The position numbers and the translations under genes were made by a program. Source: an uncultured candidate division Zixibacteria bacterium (GTDB taxonomy: Bacteria; Zixibacteria; MSB-5A5; GN15; FEB-12). From it: 64,000 nt of DNA. The stretch lies in the NCBI GenBank assembly GCA_963735035.1, contig CAVTJJ010000004.1, positions 1,567,896 through 1,631,895 of the forward strand, read 5' to 3'. Positions 41,112 to 49,567 of the stretch are shown piece by piece; position 1 is the stretch's first letter; every line of letters begins with the position of its first letter. Under the pieces are notes generated by a model. That model made no database searches. It was not told the origin of the DNA and saw only the letters and a list, made by a program, of their open reading frames with translations.

Positions 41112-41545
41112 TCGACAACGACTTCTTAACGTTGATTTCACGTCTGGCGATCGGCGGCATGTATATAATTGCTTCGTACTACAAGATCATCGAACCGGCG
41201 TCGTTTGCCAAGTCGATCTGGCAGTACCATATGGTGCCGGGGATGTTGATCAACCTGATTGCGCTGATCCTGCCCTGGCTGGAGTTGATTATCGGAGTGG
41301 CGATAATTGTTGGCTGGGCCTATCGTGGCGCCGTGCTTTGGGCTAACCTGATGTTGGTCGTTTTCATCGTGGCGCTGGGAAGCACCATCGCACGCGGTAT
41401 CGACATCGATTGCGGTTGTTTCAAAGCGGGGCAGACGGCCACCGGGCCGGCGTGGAAATCGTTCTGGTTTGATGTGGTTGCCATCCTGTTTTCGGTGCAG
41501 CTATGGGTTAGCCGCTCGGTGCGATGGCGGCTGCAACGAGTCTGA
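41099..41545 (+). CDS. MauE/DoxX family membrane protein
   Basis: LPWLELIIG, RGIDIDCGCF. Confidence 0.85.
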   Translation: MRKVIDNDFLTLISRLAIGGMYIIASYYKIIEPASFAKSIWQYHMVPGMLINLIALILPWLELIIGVAIIVGWAYRGAVLWANLMLVVFIVALGSTIARGIDIDCGCFKAGQTATGPAWKSFWFDVVAILFSVQLWVSRSVRWRLQRV

Positions 41546-42844
41546 TTACTGCAGGATATGGGGAGTGATCAGGATCATCAGGTCGGTCGAACTCTTCTCT
41601 CTTGACTTGCTGGTAAAGAGCAATGATCCGAGAATTGGGATGTGTCCCAACAACGGCACTCGCTGAATCTTTTCTATTTCGCCCTCTTTGAGTAGCCCAC
41701 CCAGGGCGACGCTTTCGCCATCCTTGACCGTTACCCAGGTGTGAATCGAGCGGGACGCCGTAACCGGTTTCTGGTTCTGCTCGGTTCCAACGTATCTCAG
41801 GATATCTTCCACTTGGGGTTGAACTTCGAGAGTGATCGTACCGGCTTCATTGATGCGGGGGACGACGCGTAGCGATATGCCGACGGCCTTGTCTTCAAAC
41901 GTAACGATGTCACTGGTCGCGGCGCCTTCGGTAAATCGATTGATCGTCTGTATTGGTATGATGGTCTCGAACTTGAAAACGGCTTCGTGATTTTCGAGGG
42001 TGGTGATTCTGGGGTCAGACACGAGACGGCTATTGCCGGAAGTCTCCAGCATGTTCAATATTATCTGGGCTTCATTTACGGACAGCTTGCCCCAGGCCCA
42101 ATTGCCGTTGGCGGGGTCATAGGTTCCGGCCGAGTTTTGAGTCGTTGTCGTAGTTGTCGAGGATGACGAAGAGCTAGCCTTATCAGAAAGTTTCGCGGTC
42201 AACTCGGTGGGCCAGGTTAAACCGAGGTTCTTGGCGGCGTCGATGGTCGTTTCTATGATTTTCGCTTCGATCATGATCGAACGTTCGGGTATGTCGATCT
42301 CGGTGATAATGTCCACTAGTCGACCAACCAGGCTGGGGTAGTCGGTCACTACGATCCGGTTCGCCTGGTAAGTGCTATTGCTGCCACTCTGGTCAGTCTG
42401 ACCGGTCTGGCCCGGTTGTCCGGCACGGTCGAGGATGGCAACGCTACCTCGGGGAGATTTCAGGCCGGAGATGGCTTTCTCGGCGGTGGACGGGTTTATG
42501 TACTTGAGGTTTACCACGCGCGTCTCAAGTTCGCCGGCGGCGTCGCTCGAAGCCGATTTGACTACAATCACGTTATCTTTGAGAAAGTAGTTATAGCCGT
42601 TGGCTACCAGGATGGCATCAAGGGCAGCTCCAACCGCGACATTTTCAAGCCGCAGAGTGACGCGTCCGCTAACTTCACCGGCCACGACCAGATTAAGGCC
42701 ATTCTGGGCGGCTATCATGTTTAGGGCGGTCGTGATCGGCACATTATCCAGAGTCAGAGAAAGAGTCTGATCCTTGCGAATCTGACCATTGACGGTCGCC
42801 GCCAGGCTGAGACTGATGATTATTGACAACACCTTTGTATTCAT
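41546..42844 (-). CDS. Secretin (PilQ/GspD/MshL-like) with STN domain
   Basis: IMIEAKIIE, SDPRITTLEN, GISLRVVPRI, DGESVALGGL, VPLLGHIPILGSLF, LMILITPHI. Confidence 0.92.
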   Translation of the reverse strand: MNTKVLSIIISLSLAATVNGQIRKDQTLSLTLDNVPITTALNMIAAQNGLNLVVAGEVSGRVTLRLENVAVGAALDAILVANGYNYFLKDNVIVVKSASSDAAGELETRVVNLKYINPSTAEKAISGLKSPRGSVAILDRAGQPGQTGQTDQSGSNSTYQANRIVVTDYPSLVGRLVDIITEIDIPERSIMIEAKIIETTIDAAKNLGLTWPTELTAKLSDKASSSSSSTTTTTTQNSAGTYDPANGNWAWGKLSVNEAQIILNMLETSGNSRLVSDPRITTLENHEAVFKFETIIPIQTINRFTEGAATSDIVTFEDKAVGISLRVVPRINEAGTITLEVQPQVEDILRYVGTEQNQKPVTASRSIHTWVTVKDGESVALGGLLKEGEIEKIQRVPLLGHIPILGSLLFTSKSREKSSTDLMILITPHILQ

Positions 42845-42847
42845 AAA

Positions 42848-43297
42848 CTACCCCTTGCTGACCGTCAATTTGAAGCGTCGCCCCTGATCTTCCAGAGTGA
42901 CCGATCCCTTGTCTATTTCGACTACGATGGCGGTCCCGATCCGGTCTCCGACTCTGACCATCTGATTATTTATGAGAGCCATAGGTTGGTTGTTGCTGAA
43001 CACGATCCCGGCCAGCACCAGGGCAAGCTTCTCGGCTCCAGAACGTCTCGGCTCGGGTGAAGTTGCTGCAGTTGGTGTCCGGAAAGGATCGCGTCCCCAG
43101 GGGGCGTCTTTGCGATATTCCAAGTCGATCCTGGCTGGTTCTGATTTGACGATAGGAGCAGGTGCGTCCGGAACCGTAGTCGCCGATGGATCAGGCGCGT
43201 CGGGCATATCCTTCTTCCCGAGCATACTGAAGGCCGCCCAGATCAATGCCAGAGGAAGTGTGGCATATATCAGCTTCTTCCGCAGAGCCTCACTCAT
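42848..43297 (-). CDS. PilP/MshK/GspB-like pilus assembly protein
   Basis: TM, RDPF, LAGIVF...ALINNQMVRVGD; position in operon. Confidence 0.65.
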   Translation of the reverse strand: MSEALRKKLIYATLPLALIWAAFSMLGKKDMPDAPDPSATTVPDAPAPIVKSEPARIDLEYRKDAPWGRDPFRTPTAATSPEPRRSGAEKLALVLAGIVFSNNQPMALINNQMVRVGDRIGTAIVVEIDKGSVTLEDQGRRFKLTVSKG

Positions 43298-43866
43298 GAT
43301 TTCGTCGCCTCCGTGGTGCCCAGCAGGGCCTTAAACGACAGGGAGAGGTCAACGAAAGGGGCAGAGGGCTGAGAACGCATGCGGCACGACCTTATGGCCC
43401 GGAAGTAGGGCTCTGTCTCAAGGTCGCTGACGTATTGCCCAAACCGGAGATACTGACCTTCAAAATCCAGAGTAATATCCAGGAAAAGGGGGTTGTTCTC
43501 GACTGCGGCCTGGCGATTCAGTTCGAGCAGTTCAGAGATCGGAGGAGTGATCTGGACCAATTTTAGGTTATATTCGGCAGCATCCTGGGAAAGTTGTTGG
43601 AACAGCGATAGGACGTCTTCCTTGGCATATAGAGAAGAATTCAGAGTGAGGCGCTCTACCTGCAATTGGTGTTCTGCGTCAAGAATCGACGGCAATTCTT
43701 TGACGATTCGATTGTACTCAGCGAGTTGATTCTGAGTTTGGGCCACCTGAGCATCAGTCTCGTTTATGTGCCGATCGATAGGGCGGAAGGCAACGTAGTA
43801 CAAGGCTACCAAAGTGACCAGGCCGCCCACGGCGAAATAGAATATTCGCTGATACGCCGTGGTCAT
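43294..43866 (-). CDS. pilO: PilO-like pilus assembly protein
   Basis: TM, coiled coil, FEGQYLRFGQYVSDLE ferredoxin-like domain; operon position. Confidence 0.7.
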   Translation of the reverse strand: MTTAYQRIFYFAVGGLVTLVALYYVAFRPIDRHINETDAQVAQTQNQLAEYNRIVKELPSILDAEHQLQVERLTLNSSLYAKEDVLSLFQQLSQDAAEYNLKLVQITPPISELLELNRQAAVENNPLFLDITLDFEGQYLRFGQYVSDLETEPYFRAIRSCRMRSQPSAPFVDLSLSFKALLGTTEATKS

Positions 43867-45449
43867 ATCGTCGCCTTCATACTCAGGTTGAATTCCAGCA
43901 CGAACGCGTCATCTTCGCGATGCTTGACATAGTGATCGACCCGGACATCCTGATAGAATGGTGATCCGGCCAGATTCGTAACGAACTCTGCGAGGATGAC
44001 TTCCGGCGGTGACGACGATGAAGTGACGGTTCCGGCCATCGAGAGGTTCCCGGCACTGTCTTCTTTCAGATATTCCAGCGATTGCAGTCTAACCCCGGTA
44101 GGCGCCAGCAGCGATAATTCTTTGAGGCTCAGGCTCAGAAACGATTTCTTGGCTGTCGCCTGCTGCAGGTACGCCCGGTTGGCGGCGAGCTGGGTCTTAA
44201 TTCTGGTGCAGGTGCCGAACAGGTCCGAGGACTGAAACGCGGCCACCTGGCTCTGGAGTTCGGTCAAGCTGGTGTGCGCTGTCGAAAGATGGTTGCTCAA
44301 AAGGGCCAATTGTCCGACGGCTAGCAAAGCGACAAGGCCCAAAGCGGAGATGCCGCAACGGTTGATCGTACGCAATTGGCGCTGCAGTCTCAATGGCTGA
44401 GGGAGAAGGTCGGCGATCTGCGCCTGGTTAGTCGCCGCTGCGACCGTGGGCAGGCAAGCGGCAATGCCGGCGTCGAAGCCCGAACCGCTCACTTTTGTCA
44501 GTTTCAGCCGTTCCGACGGGAACCGCATGAACTTGAATCCCACTCGATCACTCAACAGACCGATCAATTCATCGGTGTAAGCGAGATCGCCGTGCACGAA
44601 CACTTCGTGCGCTAACTGCCCCGAAAATTGGCCGCCGAAATAATCCAGCGAATTTTGCAGTTCGGTCGAAAGCGATTCGGCGAAGTATTCAAAAACGGTG
44701 GCGTCGGCCCGGCTCGCCAGAAACGATGAGCCCAATGAACTCACGTGAAAGAATTGGAGATAGCTGCCGTGATAGTATGAAATCTCGGTGCGTTGCCGGT
44801 GTATGTCCACCAGCATATACTTCCGATTGCTGTCGAAATCCGAAAGCAAAGGCAGCAATTGCCCGACCACATCCTGAGTGTGATAGACGTGATCGACTCT
44901 TATGCCGAGATCTCGAAACGGCGACAGAAGCTCCTCGACCGCTGTGCGAGTTACGGCCAGCACTGCGGCGCGAACCTGGCGGGTGGAGCCGGTAGTAATA
45001 TGCTCGATAGTCTGATGATCGATCCAGCAGTCATCCACTGAAAACGGCATCTGGCGTTTGGCTTCAAAGGCGATCGCGGCGGTTAGCTCGGCGCCTTTGA
45101 GCCGAGGTAACGTCAAGAGACGAAGAGCGGTTTCTTTACCGGCGAGAGTCAACGAGACGTTTGAATGCGGCCCCCCGAATTCATCGAAGTAGCCGCGTAT
45201 AGCATGGCGGATGGACTGCGCACGCGCTGCACCGTCATCGCCCGTCAGATACTGTTTCCGAACGTCGAGTAGCTTGACTTTTGGTCCCATGTGGGTGGTA
45301 GCCGCCATCTGCACTGAGTCTTCGTTAATGGTGAAGGCCAGATGGCGCGCGAACGAGTAGCGCTGGGGCGGCGCAATTCGACGAACCACCGGTCGGGTGC
45401 CGGTCGTATCGTGTACTGCTTTTCGGGACCAGAGCTTAAAGGCCGCCAT
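43863..45449 (-). CDS. PilM-PilN fusion-like pilus assembly protein
   Basis: Actin-like N-part (FEAKRQMPFSVDD..IDH, ELQNSLDYF), TM, PilN-like C-part (L..LAPTGVRL, FVTNLAGSPFY). Confidence 0.7.
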   Translation of the reverse strand: MAAFKLWSRKAVHDTTGTRPVVRRIAPPQRYSFARHLAFTINEDSVQMAATTHMGPKVKLLDVRKQYLTGDDGAARAQSIRHAIRGYFDEFGGPHSNVSLTLAGKETALRLLTLPRLKGAELTAAIAFEAKRQMPFSVDDCWIDHQTIEHITTGSTRQVRAAVLAVTRTAVEELLSPFRDLGIRVDHVYHTQDVVGQLLPLLSDFDSNRKYMLVDIHRQRTEISYYHGSYLQFFHVSSLGSSFLASRADATVFEYFAESLSTELQNSLDYFGGQFSGQLAHEVFVHGDLAYTDELIGLLSDRVGFKFMRFPSERLKLTKVSGSGFDAGIAACLPTVAAATNQAQIADLLPQPLRLQRQLRTINRCGISALGLVALLAVGQLALLSNHLSTAHTSLTELQSQVAAFQSSDLFGTCTRIKTQLAANRAYLQQATAKKSFLSLSLKELSLLAPTGVRLQSLEYLKEDSAGNLSMAGTVTSSSSPPEVILAEFVTNLAGSPFYQDVRVDHYVKHREDDAFVLEFNLSMKATI

Positions 45450-45463
45450 ATTCTGTCCAGACG

Positions 45464-45934
45464 CTAGAAAGTTACCTGAACCGTGTCATGTGAACTGCCC
45501 ACCGAGAGAATCCGTCGCGAAGCCGGTTGATAAACGTACGTTCCACCCCAGGCATCGCTCAAATAAGCCCCGCCGGAACTATCGATATATGGTCCGTTCC
45601 AACCAAGGCGGGTCAGAGCGTTGTAAACGCCGACCGAATCGGGTTTGCGCGCAAGGTCCTGTAGTCGGCTCGGGACAAAACCAACGTCGCCCTGGAACCC
45701 GCGATCAATGTAGGCCCCGCCCGCCGTGACCGACGGATCGCCGACAATCGCCTTCTTCAAAGCCTGGAGTTCCTGTCGCGTGGCGTTGACTTTCGAGGAG
45801 TTGGCCATGTCGACAAATTTGGGCACGGCGACAGCGGCCAGGATGCCCAGGGTTACGATGACTATGACAAGCTCGATCAGGGTAAAACCTTCCTGACTGA
45901 GCTTGTCGAGCGATTTGGATCGGGGTGCTGACAT
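45464..45934 (-). CDS. Type IV pilin/pseudopilin (GspG-like C-terminus)
   Basis: G|FTLIELVIVIVTLGILAAVAVP; WNGPY...DAWG. Confidence 0.9.
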   Translation of the reverse strand: MSAPRSKSLDKLSQEGFTLIELVIVIVTLGILAAVAVPKFVDMANSSKVNATRQELQALKKAIVGDPSVTAGGAYIDRGFQGDVGFVPSRLQDLARKPDSVGVYNALTRLGWNGPYIDSSGGAYLSDAWGGTYVYQPASRRILSVGSSHDTVQVTF

Positions 45935-45945
45935 CGTACCGGTTT

Positions 45946-46380
45946 CTACCAGTTGTTTTCTCCGGCGATATTGGTATTCGGCCAGATTTCACCGGTAGCA
46001 GCGAGGTAACACCAACCGCCCCGTCCACCGGCCACGAGCACGCCCCGAGTAACTCCCGTACAAATCGAATCCGGAGCGTTAGCTTCGGCCTGGTACGGAT
46101 TCCTGGGGATGCTCTGAGCCATCACCGTGCCGTAGGTGCTTAGTTGCGGCAGAGTCGGCCAGGTAGCGGTTCCGGTGCTGACCGCCTGATTGGCGTAGAA
46201 GATCGTGATGCCGGAGCGGATCGATCCGAGCGCGGCTCTCCCGGCAGCCTCTTTGGCTTCCGACGAGATATCCTGGTACTTGGGAATAGCTACCGCCGCC
46301 AGAATACCGAGAACTACGATGATGATAACCAGCTCGATGAGCGTGAATCCCCCCTGGTTGTTGATTCGACCGTTAACCAT
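45946..46380 (-). CDS. Type IV major pilin (MshA/PilA-like)
   Basis: G|FTLIELVIIIVVLGILAAVAIPKY; AGGAGG RBS; two C-terminal Cys. Confidence 0.9.
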   Translation of the reverse strand: MVNGRINNQGGFTLIELVIIIVVLGILAAVAIPKYQDISSEAKEAAGRAALGSIRSGITIFYANQAVSTGTATWPTLPQLSTYGTVMAQSIPRNPYQAEANAPDSICTGVTRGVLVAGGRGGWCYLAATGEIWPNTNIAGENNW

Positions 46381-46430
46381 TATTCCTCCTAATGGACCAC
46401 AAAAGTTTATGACAATTCTGCCTATTCGTA

Positions 46431-46458
46431 TTGTCGGCCCGATTTTCTATCCGCTTTA
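46431..46458 (-). promoter_or_regulatory. Sigma-28-like internal promoter for pilin genes
   Basis: Minus strand TAAA-N16-GCCGACAA. Confidence 0.55.
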
Positions 46459-47676
46459 CCCTCCGCCCTGGAAGACATGGATCAGATTCCACATGGGGAG
46501 GAAGACCGCCAGAGCCAGGACCAGGACAAAGGCGCCAATAACCAGGGTTAGAATGGGCTCGATAATGGCCGTCAGTTGCCGCGAGGAATACACGACCTGT
46601 TTGGTATAGTGCTCGCCGACTTCCTTCAGCATGGCGTCCAGGTTGCCCGATTCGAGGCCTACGGCCAGCATGTGCAGGGCCTGTTCGGGGAAGTGCTTGA
46701 ACTGGGCTGACCCCGGGTCGATTTCCCGCCCCCGGCGGAACGATTCCCCCAAAGACTCGATTTCCCTGGCAATCGCCGTATTTTTCACGGTGCCCGCCAG
46801 GATGTCGATCGATCTGATAATCGTCAGTCCGGACCTCACCAGGATTCGAAACATCATGCTGAACCGGGCGACATTACCTTTGATTACAAGCTCGCCCAGC
46901 ACGGGGATTCGCAGAAGCTGGGTATCGAACCAGAGACGTCCTTCCTTGCGGCTCAAGACCGACCGAACAATCAAGATCGCTATCACGGTCAGGGCCGCCA
47001 TGAGCGGCCAATAAGTCGTAACGAAGTGGCTGATACCGACGATAATGCGGGTCGGCAGGGGTAATTCCGCCCCGAAAGCGGCATAGAACGAAGTAAAGCG
47101 GGGGACAACGAAATTCATCATCACGATGAACGCGCCGATGATCGCAGCTACTACCATCAGGGGGTATCTCACGCCCGCTTTCAGCTGACGTGTCAGTTCG
47201 GCTTCGCGTTCGAGCACTGCGCCGAGCTCGTCGAGGGTAGAGTCGAGATGCCCCGATTCCTCTCCAGCGGCCACGCAACTGGTGTACACCTGCGAGAAGA
47301 TGTCAGGGAAACGAGCCATCGATTCGGACATCGGTTTGCCCGATTGGAGATCAGTTCTGATCTGATCGATGACGTAGTTGAAGCGGTCGTCTTTGCGTCC
47401 GACGCGGATAATCGTCAGGGCTCGCAGTAGGGGAATACCGGCCCGGTGCATGGTGGCCAGGGCGCCGGTAAACATGATGAGCTTTTCGTAGTCGCTTCCC
47501 CGCATGAACCCGAATAGCGACACGGGACTTTTCTGTTCGATGGCGCTGATCGCCAGTGGAACCAGTTTCTGCTCTCGAAGGAAGTCTTCGACCGAAGTAG
47601 GGTTGGCGGCAAGGAGGGTACCGGTCAGACGCCGACCGTCATCGGCGACAGCCTTGTACTTATATTGCGTTGGCAT
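46456..47676 (-). CDS. pilC: Type II secretion F family platform protein (PilC/MshG/GspF)
   Basis: AGIPLLRAL, AGEESGHL, YP, LPLPTR, GLESGNL, IIEPIL, LPM. Confidence 0.92.
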   Translation of the reverse strand: MPTQYKYKAVADDGRRLTGTLLAANPTSVEDFLREQKLVPLAISAIEQKSPVSLFGFMRGSDYEKLIMFTGALATMHRAGIPLLRALTIIRVGRKDDRFNYVIDQIRTDLQSGKPMSESMARFPDIFSQVYTSCVAAGEESGHLDSTLDELGAVLEREAELTRQLKAGVRYPLMVVAAIIGAFIVMMNFVVPRFTSFYAAFGAELPLPTRIIVGISHFVTTYWPLMAALTVIAILIVRSVLSRKEGRLWFDTQLLRIPVLGELVIKGNVARFSMMFRILVRSGLTIIRSIDILAGTVKNTAIAREIESLGESFRRGREIDPGSAQFKHFPEQALHMLAVGLESGNLDAMLKEVGEHYTKQVVYSSRQLTAIIEPILTLVIGAFVLVLALAVFLPMWNLIHVFQGGG

Positions 47677-49396
47677 TGGCTGTCTCCGGCTTCATTTCGT
47701 CCGGACGAAAAGAGTAGTCTTCGATATTGGTCGTCTCTTTGAGCAGTTCTTCCAGCGTGATTTCACCGACGGCCACTTTCTCCAGGCCGGCCTCGAAGAG
47801 GGGCAGATAGCCGGACTTGCGGGCGGAGTCGCGAATTCGACTGAGCGAGGCTTTGTCGTAGATCAAATCTGAGATTTCCGGAGTGATTTCGAGGAATTCG
47901 AAAATACCTGTCTGACCGGCGTAACCGGTCATTTTGCAGTGGGTGCAGCCGGCGCCTCGTTTGAATTCTATCAGATCGGCCATGTCGGCCAGGCCGGCGC
48001 GCGCCAGGATAGCGTCCGAAGGACGATAGCTTTCGCGACAGTCGGGACAATTCACGCGTACCAGGCGCTGAGCCAGAACTCCTTTGAGCGCTGAGATGAC
48101 GAGGTAATTTTCTATGCCCATGTCGATCAGGCGGGTAATCGCTGACGGAGCATCGTTGGTGTGAATGGTCGAGAACACCAGGTGGCCGGTAAGCGACGAG
48201 CGGATGGCCATCTGGGCCGTCTCGGCGTCGCGGATCTCACCGATCATGATTATGTCCGGATTCTGTCTCAAAATGGAACGCAGGGTAGAGGGAAAAGTCA
48301 GCCCGGCCTTTTCGTTGATTTGCACCTGATTCACCATCGGAATCGAATACTCGACCGGGTCCTCGACCGTAATGATATTTTTCTCGATCGAATTCACTTC
48401 GAGCAGGGTGGCGTAAAGCGTGGAAGTCTTTCCGCTCGACGTAGGACCGGACAAGAGCACCAGGCCTTCCGGTTTGCGGATCACGCTCTGCCAGGACGTT
48501 TTCAGTTTCGCGCGGAAGCCTAGAGCCGTGAAGGAGCGCATCATGAGGCGCTGGTCGAGAATTCGGATCACCACCTTTTCGCCATGGATGGTGGGTAGAG
48601 TCGATACGCGAAGATCGATGGGATTGCCGTCGACATTGGTCATGAAACGCCCGTCCTGGGGCAGCCGTTTCTCCGAGACATCCATGTTGGCGGCGATCTT
48701 GATTCGCGAGACCAGTTCCTTCTGCATCGCCTTGGGTGGGGAAGCTTCTTCACGCATGGAACCGCTGATGCGATAGCGTACGCGGAGGCTGGATTCATCC
48801 GGCTCGACGTGGATATCGCTGGCGCGATCCTTGACTGCTTTGGAGATGATCAGGTTTACCAGTTTGATGACCGGCGTATCGGTATCGGCTTTGGCGGCGG
48901 CCGGAAGGTCTATCGTCTTGCTTGCCGGGGTATTGTTGTCGGCCGCGATCAGGCCGTCGATAGAATCCGCCACGCTGTAGTATTCGTCTATCGCTCTCTT
49001 GATCTCGGAAATGGTAGCGACGGCTCTTTTGACTTCGCAGCCGGTCCGGTACTTGATTTCCTCGATGGCGATTATGTTGAGCGGATCGGCCATCGCCAGT
49101 GTTAAAGTATTGCCGATGGCGAAGACGGGCAGAAGCGTATAGCGGCGGGCCAGGTCGACCGGGACGCGCTGGATGACGGCCGGGTCGATGACCATGGCGT
49201 CGAGCGATAGTCGTGGAATCGCCAGGCGACTGGAGATGGCATCCTGCAATTGCTCTTCGGTGATGACACCGTTTTCGACCAGTTGATCGCCCAGACGCTG
49301 GCCTGAGACCGGTTGCTGGTCGAGAGCTTGCTGGAGTTGTTCCGGGGTCAGGAACCCCTTCTCAACGAGTATGTCGCCTAGTTTCTTGCGAGCCAT
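47660..49396 (-). CDS. pilB: Pilus extension ATPase (PilB/MshE/GspE) with MshEN domain
   Basis: Tandem (R/K)LGxxLVxxG MshEN motifs; ASDIHVEP, RLPQDGR, GPTSSGKTST, RQNPDIIMIGEIRD, CPDC/CTHC. Confidence 0.93.
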   Translation of the reverse strand: MARKKLGDILVEKGFLTPEQLQQALDQQPVSGQRLGDQLVENGVITEEQLQDAISSRLAIPRLSLDAMVIDPAVIQRVPVDLARRYTLLPVFAIGNTLTLAMADPLNIIAIEEIKYRTGCEVKRAVATISEIKRAIDEYYSVADSIDGLIAADNNTPASKTIDLPAAAKADTDTPVIKLVNLIISKAVKDRASDIHVEPDESSLRVRYRISGSMREEASPPKAMQKELVSRIKIAANMDVSEKRLPQDGRFMTNVDGNPIDLRVSTLPTIHGEKVVIRILDQRLMMRSFTALGFRAKLKTSWQSVIRKPEGLVLLSGPTSSGKTSTLYATLLEVNSIEKNIITVEDPVEYSIPMVNQVQINEKAGLTFPSTLRSILRQNPDIIMIGEIRDAETAQMAIRSSLTGHLVFSTIHTNDAPSAITRLIDMGIENYLVISALKGVLAQRLVRVNCPDCRESYRPSDAILARAGLADMADLIEFKRGAGCTHCKMTGYAGQTGIFEFLEITPEISDLIYDKASLSRIRDSARKSGYLPLFEAGLEKVAVGEITLEELLKETTNIEDYSFRPDEMKPETANANAI

Positions 49397-49438
49397 TGTG
49401 GGTTTTCTATTTGCCGCTCAAACGTTACCGTTGGTATA

Positions 49439-49465
49439 TTATCGGCTGTTTGAGCCACGGCTTGA
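49439..49465 (-). promoter_or_regulatory. Sigma-28-like promoter of the pilus operon
   Basis: Minus strand TCAA-N15-GCCGATAA. Confidence 0.7.
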
Positions 49466-49567
49466 CGCTTCGAGGCGTGGGACGTAACAAGCAAGAAGAC
49501 ACTGCGTTAGGAATACACACTGAGTTCTTTCGCGACGTTTAGGAATTTTGGGACCAGCCTTGTTGTC

